This document shows positions 58,762 to 64,000 of a stretch of DNA of 64,000 nt, piece after piece. Both the position numbers and the translations under genes were made by a program. The DNA comes from an uncultured Eubacteriales bacterium (lineage in GTDB: Bacteria; Bacillota; Clostridia; Peptostreptococcales; Anaerovoracaceae). The notes beneath the pieces are model-generated. The model saw nothing but the letters and a program-made list of their open reading frames with translations. It had not been told where the DNA came from and did no database searches. The stretch lies in the NCBI GenBank assembly GCA_949285555.1, contig CASDYG010000007.1:25457-89456 (forward strand), in the 5' to 3' direction. Position 1 is the stretch's first letter, and every line of letters begins with the position of its first letter.

Positions 58762-58790
58762 ATTATATAGCACTTTTCCTACAGTGTCAA
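58762..58790 (-). promoter_or_regulatory. Perfect consensus sigma-70 promoter (TTGACA-17-TATAAT) driving the riboswitch transcript
   Basis: TTGACA (58785-58790), 17-nt spacer, TATAAT (58762-58767), about 40 nt upstream of the aptamer. Confidence 0.65.
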
Positions 58791-59080
58791 TAATGTGTTC
58801 AATTTCTTTTTTAATATTCTCAAAATGTTGTGAGCAATAACACATACTACATAAAGCGTGATTACATTTAAGACTATGAACGATATATCAGCATTTTTTG
58901 CGAAAAGCATAAAGTACCTGTTTTTTAAGTTGCATATACAAAAAGCTTAAAGTATTTTTACAATACAAATAGTCTTTTTATGTTTTATATTTTTATATTG
59001 CTGTCCATTTGTAAATAAAATATGAATTTTTTGCTATAATAGGAGAATAAAGAAACGTTTATGAGGTATATATATAATGT

Positions 59081-59512
59081 ATGAGAAAGTATAAAAAATT
59101 TAAAATTCCCAAAACGGATTATATTTCTCAGTCTAGAAAAGAAAGTAGAAGAAAATTGGAGATAGATGTCAGCCTGCTTATGCTTGAAATGTATTGCAAG
59201 GCACACCATAATTCTCGTCTGGAATTTTCTTCTCCCGAAGCAGGAAGAAAGGTTTACCTGTGCAAGGACTGTATAAAATCAGCAAATAGACTTGTGGCAC
59301 AAAGCATCCGGTGTCCACATATGGGATACAAGACCTTTTGTCACAACTGCCCAAGGCCCTGCCACAAGCCGGATGACATTGTAAGGCAGGCTATGCGATA
59401 CAGCGGAAAAAGGCTTTTGATTCATCATCCTTTATTAGGTATAAAACACCTTTTATTCCTTATATACTGTATTATTAAAGGTAAAAGCAAACACGAAAGT
59501 AAGATTAACTAA
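59081..59512 (+). CDS. Nitrous-oxide-stimulated-promoter family (YgbA_NO-like) Cys-rich protein
   Basis: 143 aa. MLEMYCKAHH...LCKDC......RCPHMGYKTFCHNCPRPCHKPDDIVRQAMRYSGKRLLIHHPLLGIKHL matches my memory of the YgbA_NO family pattern (CP.....K..C..CP.HCY.P......R.VMRYSGPRM...HP). Confidence 0.7.
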   Translation: MRKYKKFKIPKTDYISQSRKESRRKLEIDVSLLMLEMYCKAHHNSRLEFSSPEAGRKVYLCKDCIKSANRLVAQSIRCPHMGYKTFCHNCPRPCHKPDDIVRQAMRYSGKRLLIHHPLLGIKHLLFLIYCIIKGKSKHESKIN

Positions 59513-59537
59513 AACTAAATTTTAAAAAGGAGGAACT

Positions 59538-61241
59538 ATGAAAGATCCAATGGAAAAAAATGGTCTTGGTGAGCCATTACCAAGCAAAAATGACACTGTA
59601 AATGACAAGGTTCTGAGAAGAGCTGGTGGTCAGGTAGTAGATAACAACGAAGACACCATGACCGCCGGAGAAAGAGGTCATATTTCAATTCAAGATTTAT
59701 GGCTGTTTGAAAAGCAGGCACATTTTAACAGGGAAGTAATTCCTGAAAGAAGAATGCATGCCAAGGGCTGGGGTGCATGGGGTGAATTTACCGTTACTCA
59801 CGATATCTCAAAATACACAAAGGCCAAGCTTTTCTCCAAGGTAGGAAACAAGGTAAAGCTATTCTCAAGAATGTCTACTGTAGCTGGAGAGCGTGGTGCT
59901 GCCGATGCTGAGCGAGACATCAGAGGATTTGCTGTAAGATTCTTTACTGAAGAAGGAAACTGGGATATCGTAGGAAATAATACTCCTGTATTTTTCTTCC
60001 GTGACCCAATGAAATTTATAGATTTAAATCATGCAGTAAAAAGAGACCCTAGAACTAATTTGAGAAATCCTAATACAAACTGGGATTATTGGTCATCTCT
60101 ACCTGAATCACTTCTACAGACTACAATTATCATGTCTGATAGAGGAATCCCTTCTTCATTCAGATATATGCACGGCTTCGGTTCACACACCTATAGCATG
60201 TTTAACGATAAGGGCGAGCGAGTATGGGTGAAATTCCACTTTAGATCCCAGCAGGGAATCCAAAACTTCACAGATCAGGAAGCGGCTAAGGTAGTAGGTG
60301 CTGATAGAGAAAGCAGTGGTCGTGATTTATATGAGGCTATTGAAAAAGGTATGTATCCAAAGTGGAAGATGTATATTCAGGTAATGACTGAAGAAGAGGC
60401 TGAAAAGCTTCCATACAATCCATTTGATTTAACCAAGATGTGGCTTAAGAAAGACTTCCCTCTAATCCCAGTAGGTGAAATGGTTCTTAACAAAAATGCG
60501 GATAACTATTTCCAGGATGTTGAGCAGGTAGCATTTTCACCAGCAAATATTATACCTGGTATAGGTCTATCCCCAGATAGAATGCTTCAGGCAAGAGCCT
60601 TTTTCTACTCAGACGCACACAGATATAGGCTTGGTGTAAATCATCATCAAATTCCAGTAAATTCACCTCTTGGCGTTGAACATCCTCATGCATACCACCG
60701 TGATGGTCTAATGAGAGTAGATGGAAATAACGGATCTGAGATTTCTTATGGTCCAAACTCCTATGGTGGCTGGCAGGATGATAGATCACTAGAGCTACCA
60801 ACAGATAAGGGCGGAGATATTAAGAGATATGATTTCAGAGAGATGGATCACGACTACTACACTCAGCCTGGATTATTATTTAATGCCATGACCGATGAGC
60901 AAAAGCTGGTATTATGTGAAAATACAGCCAGAGCAATGGGCGATGCTACTATGCAGATAAAGCATAGATACATCAGAAATTGCTATGCAGCAGATCCTGA
61001 ATATGGAAAGGGAGTTGCAAAGGCACTTGAGATTGACATCGATACTGTTGATTTAACTCCAAATACAGCAACTAATCGTGATGAATGGCAGAAGCTAAAT
61101 TCAAGAGACAGAAGTCTTGATGAGCCAACTAAGCCAGCTGATCCAGAAAGTGCTAGAAATCTTCCACCAGAAGGAAGAGATACAAACGCTGCTGATCCAA
61201 AGGAGCTTATTGATTGGGAGACTGACCCATTCATGCTATAA
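59538..61241 (+). CDS. Monofunctional heme catalase with a ~70-aa C-terminal extension
   Basis: 567 aa with the distal-His region [14 protein letters not shown], the proximal-Tyr region [16 protein letters not shown], and [25 protein letters not shown] upstream. Confidence 0.9.
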   Translation: MKDPMEKNGLGEPLPSKNDTVNDKVLRRAGGQVVDNNEDTMTAGERGHISIQDLWLFEKQAHFNREVIPERRMHAKGWGAWGEFTVTHDISKYTKAKLFSKVGNKVKLFSRMSTVAGERGAADAERDIRGFAVRFFTEEGNWDIVGNNTPVFFFRDPMKFIDLNHAVKRDPRTNLRNPNTNWDYWSSLPESLLQTTIIMSDRGIPSSFRYMHGFGSHTYSMFNDKGERVWVKFHFRSQQGIQNFTDQEAAKVVGADRESSGRDLYEAIEKGMYPKWKMYIQVMTEEEAEKLPYNPFDLTKMWLKKDFPLIPVGEMVLNKNADNYFQDVEQVAFSPANIIPGIGLSPDRMLQARAFFYSDAHRYRLGVNHHQIPVNSPLGVEHPHAYHRDGLMRVDGNNGSEISYGPNSYGGWQDDRSLELPTDKGGDIKRYDFREMDHDYYTQPGLLFNAMTDEQKLVLCENTARAMGDATMQIKHRYIRNCYAADPEYGKGVAKALEIDIDTVDLTPNTATNRDEWQKLNSRDRSLDEPTKPADPESARNLPPEGRDTNAADPKELIDWETDPFML

Positions 61242-61278
61242 ATCTATACTACCAGTAGTAAAATCCTAAATAGCAAAA

Positions 61279-61310
61279 AAGGACTGATGTATCGTCAGTC
61301 CTTTATTTTT
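61279..61310. terminator. Bidirectional intrinsic terminator between catalase and asparaginase genes
   Basis: AAGGACTGA..TCAGTCCTT hairpin flanked by A6 upstream and a T-run downstream. Confidence 0.65.
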
Positions 61311-61327
61311 GTCATACATTTGGGTAC

Positions 61328-62323
61328 TCATAATAATAGATCATGTGCTACCGGGCTATAAAATCCCGCCTTTACCTCATCATACTCCTGTGTAATTGCA
61401 GTAAGCCACATCATCTTGCATACCGTGGATTCAATGGTCATGTTGTAATTTTCCATGAGGTCTAACGTTTCACTAATTTCATTTCCCACCTGATACACCT
61501 GCGTGTTGCTACCTTCGTGAGGAACTGATGTGGTGAGAATTACAAACTTACCTTTATCTCTTAGTTCCTTTACAATTTCTCTTAAACGCTCGCTTTCATC
61601 AAATGCGGGTATACCTCCAGTTCCAAATCCCTCAATAATTACTACATCAGAATTATCTCCCATGAATTTAAGTATTTCAGGCGACAGACCTGGTACAAGT
61701 TTTAAAATACACACCCTGTCATTTAGCTCATGATAAAATACTGTATCTTTCTCTGTACGCTCCTTTATATAATAGATAATTTTTTCATCAAAAATCTGTC
61801 CTATCTGCGGGAAATCAACACTATCAAAAGCATTATAGCTATGCGTCTTTGTCTTTCTGCCACGTGTTCCAAGGATAATTTTTGAGTCAAATACAATATG
61901 TACTCCCTGTGCATATTCATCACAAGCAAAACGAAAGGCATCTGTAAGGTTTTTTCTGGCATCCGTATCTCTTAAATATATGGATTTTTGTGAGCCTGTT
62001 AGAACAATGGGTTTGCGTGAATTTTGAATTAAATATGACATAGCTGCCGCCGTATATGCAAGCGTGTCCGTTCCATGTGTGATGACAAAGCCATCGAAGC
62101 TATCATAATGCGCCTCTATTGTTCTTGCAATTTTAAGCCAGCCACTGGGGCTCATATTACTACTATCTATATTCATAAGCTGAATAGCCTCTACCTGACA
62201 AATCTCTCCTATCTGTGGAAGAAAAGCCAGAATTTCCTCTGATGTAATAGAAGGTACAAGCCCATTTTCCGTCGGCTTTGAAGCTATGGTACCTCCAGTG
62301 GCAATGAGTAAAATTTTCTTCAT
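61328..62323 (-). CDS. ansA: Type I L-asparaginase
   Basis: N-terminal MKKILLIATGGTIAS (catalytic Thr motif), HGTDT, and a C-terminal domain. Start placed at 62323. The ORF track extends to 62356. Confidence 0.85.
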   Translation of the reverse strand: MKKILLIATGGTIASKPTENGLVPSITSEEILAFLPQIGEICQVEAIQLMNIDSSNMSPSGWLKIARTIEAHYDSFDGFVITHGTDTLAYTAAAMSYLIQNSRKPIVLTGSQKSIYLRDTDARKNLTDAFRFACDEYAQGVHIVFDSKIILGTRGRKTKTHSYNAFDSVDFPQIGQIFDEKIIYYIKERTEKDTVFYHELNDRVCILKLVPGLSPEILKFMGDNSDVVIIEGFGTGGIPAFDESERLREIVKELRDKGKFVILTTSVPHEGSNTQVYQVGNEISETLDLMENYNMTIESTVCKMMWLTAITQEYDEVKAGFYSPVAHDLLL

Positions 62324-62424
62324 CTTATATTCCTTTAGAATTCCTTTACATTTCATCTATACAAAATAACATACCCTTGATTTCAAGAGTATGTTATATC
62401 TAATAAACAGCACTATATTATTAA

Positions 62425-63621
62425 CTATCCGTTTACTTTGTCTGCCATGCTTTTAGCTAGCTCTCTAAGCTGTTTTTCATGTTCCTCTGTAGCCATACCG
62501 TTTATATCAATCTTCTGATCTATATAATCAAAGCCCGAGGCCTCTGCAAAAGCCTTTAATTCATTATTAGCCTGGCTTGCCCAGCCATAGGTTGAGAAAT
62601 AACCAAGAAAATGATTTTTAATCTTATAATGCTCTAAAATACTAACCAGATTTTTAATAACAGGCAGTAAATGCACATTATATGTGCAGCTTCCGATAAT
62701 AAGTCCATTGTACTTCCAAATTTGATTGATTATGTACGATGCATGAGTCTTGGATGCATCAAATACCTTTACGGTCTTAACACCTGCCTCCACTAGAAAT
62801 CTTGCTAGCTTGTCTGCTACCGCCTCTGTGGTTCCATACATGGATCCATAAACTAGAACAACCCCAGGCTCTACCTGAAAGTTAGCCCACTTGGTGTATT
62901 CCTCTATTACCTTTCTTGTATGTGTTCTCCATATGATACCATGTACTGGACATATCATATCTATTTCAAGATTTTCCAGCTTTTCAAGGGCCATTTTCGC
63001 CTGTTGTGCCTGCTTGCCAATAATGTTGGAAAAATATCTTCTCATATCAGATCGCACACGGCTATAGTCCATCTCATCGTCAAAGATACTACCGTCAAGG
63101 GCACCAAAAGAACCGAATATATCCTGCGAGAACAGAATCTTTTCATTTGGCTCATAGCTAACCATGGATTCCGGCCAGTGACACATTGGTGTTGTAAAGA
63201 ACTTTAAAGTGCGCTTACCTAAGCAAAGCTCGTCACCTTCCTTAACCTCCAAGAAATTCACATTTTCAATACCATACATCACTTTTAGAAGCTTTTTTGT
63301 CTGTTTATTTCCGACCAGCTGTATATCTGGATATTTCTCAATAATATCAGCAATAGCTCCTCCGTGGTCAGGTTCAATATGGTGTAAAATAAGGTAGTCA
63401 AGCTTTCTATCTCCTAAGATTTCTTCATAGTTAGATTTGAAACCCTCAATTTTCGTAATTTTTACTGTGTCAAGCAAGGCAACCTTTTCGTCAATTATGA
63501 TATAGGCGTTATAGGCAACACCATAGTCCAGTGGCCAAAGATTTTCAAATCTTGGGGTCTCTCTGTCATTAACTCCCAGATAGTATAAGTTATCCTTAAC
63601 CTCTATAGTAATATTATTCAT
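62425..63621 (-). CDS. Flavodiiron protein (FprA-type A-flavoprotein; O2/NO reductase)
   Basis: 398 aa with a metallo-beta-lactamase-like domain carrying the HHIEPDHGG diiron motif, plus a C-terminal flavodoxin domain (VLVYGSMYGTTE). SD AAGAGGT upstream. Confidence 0.85.
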   Translation of the reverse strand: MNNITIEVKDNLYYLGVNDRETPRFENLWPLDYGVAYNAYIIIDEKVALLDTVKITKIEGFKSNYEEILGDRKLDYLILHHIEPDHGGAIADIIEKYPDIQLVGNKQTKKLLKVMYGIENVNFLEVKEGDELCLGKRTLKFFTTPMCHWPESMVSYEPNEKILFSQDIFGSFGALDGSIFDDEMDYSRVRSDMRRYFSNIIGKQAQQAKMALEKLENLEIDMICPVHGIIWRTHTRKVIEEYTKWANFQVEPGVVLVYGSMYGTTEAVADKLARFLVEAGVKTVKVFDASKTHASYIINQIWKYNGLIIGSCTYNVHLLPVIKNLVSILEHYKIKNHFLGYFSTYGWASQANNELKAFAEASGFDYIDQKIDINGMATEEHEKQLRELAKSMADKVNG

Positions 63622-63650
63622 AATAACCTCTTATTTTTATTGATACATTT

Positions 63651-63679
63651 ATACTATCATTTAGCATTTGTAGTGTCAA
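63651..63679 (-). promoter_or_regulatory. Sigma-70 type promoter of the flavodiiron gene (TTGACA-17-TAGTAT)
   Basis: TTGACA (63674-63679), 17-nt spacer, TAGTAT (63651-63656). Confidence 0.5.
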
Positions 63680-63824
63680 CTTATGATATAGTTAGAGAAA
63701 TTTCATATAAAAATATCTGTAACCAAAACTGATTACAGATACAAAAATATCATCTATATGATTTAAAATATAGCGCCAGGCTTCCAGTAGCCGTGTATAC
63801 ATCAGCAGCATGTGCTAAAGTGGA

Positions 63825-64000
63825 TTAAATCGCACCAGCCTTATCTCCAAGTAGCTGCTGCTTGTAATAGAATGCGTTCGCCTCGATTTCCTCTACTGTA
63901 TCTGGAAATTGCTGTACCAAAGCAGTATTACTGAGCTTTCTGACTGCATCATCTCTATTCATTTCTCCGGATTCTAAAGCCTGCCTGATATATTCTCTGA
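63825..64000 (-). CDS. C-terminal fragment of an unidentified protein (N-terminus beyond window end)
   Basis: Open minus-strand frame ..REYIRQALESGEMNRDDAVRKLSNTALVQQFPDTVEEIEANAFYYKQQLLGDKAGAI ending at TAA 63825-63827, followed by an ATCTGTAA..TTACAGAT hairpin (63715-63740). Confidence 0.4.
   Translation of the reverse strand, partial: REYIRQALESGEMNRDDAVRKLSNTALVQQFPDTVEEIEANAFYYKQQLLGDKAGAI

Noticed and set aside
1-64000. Scan for CRISPR arrays, transposases/IS ends, integrases, phage or toxin-antitoxin/defence modules
   Set aside because: No regularly spaced direct repeats outside the adhesin gene, and no ORF with recombinase, nuclease-defence or TA-like features. The window looks like chromosomal core plus one surface-protein locus.

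Overview
This is a gene-dense, roughly 40% GC window that looks like chromosomal core from a low-GC Firmicute (Clostridia/Lachnospiraceae-like; taxon is inferred from gene content and synteny only). No database search was run, so all calls rest on reading the ORF translations and the DNA. Most genes lie on the minus strand.

Content in coordinate order:
- Metal and central metabolism: feoA-feoA-feoB; an unusual P1B-type ATPase with two small upstream ORFs; a short dynamin-like GTPase abutting a split transketolase; NAD(P)HX dehydratase; mgtE; gdhA; pyruvate:ferredoxin oxidoreductase.
- Transport and small regulators: rhodanese and a DMT transporter; a stand-alone LytTR protein; dps; a LysE exporter; potABCD plus an NSS transporter.
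- Housekeeping: aroK; scpAB; mtnA; tRNA-Ala(GGC); pncB.
- A roughly 2255-aa sortase-anchored surface protein with about 19 tandem 84-aa repeats.
- Repair and replication: uvrAB; a YitT-family protein; a second NSS transporter; the recR-ybaB-brnQ-dnaX-SRP RNA block; an AIR-synthase-like gene; ligA; pcrA.
- A stress cluster: a YgbA_NO-family protein, catalase, asparaginase and a flavodiiron protein.

I saw no CRISPR array, transposase, integrase or phage genes.

Most interesting observations:
1. An apparently orphan cobalamin riboswitch transcription unit (consensus promoter, aptamer, long structured tail, terminator, no credible ORF) just upstream of pcrA.
2. An SCA-motif P1B ATPase module next to the feo operon.
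3. The giant repeat adhesin, which has a 1257-bp five-domain super-repeat.
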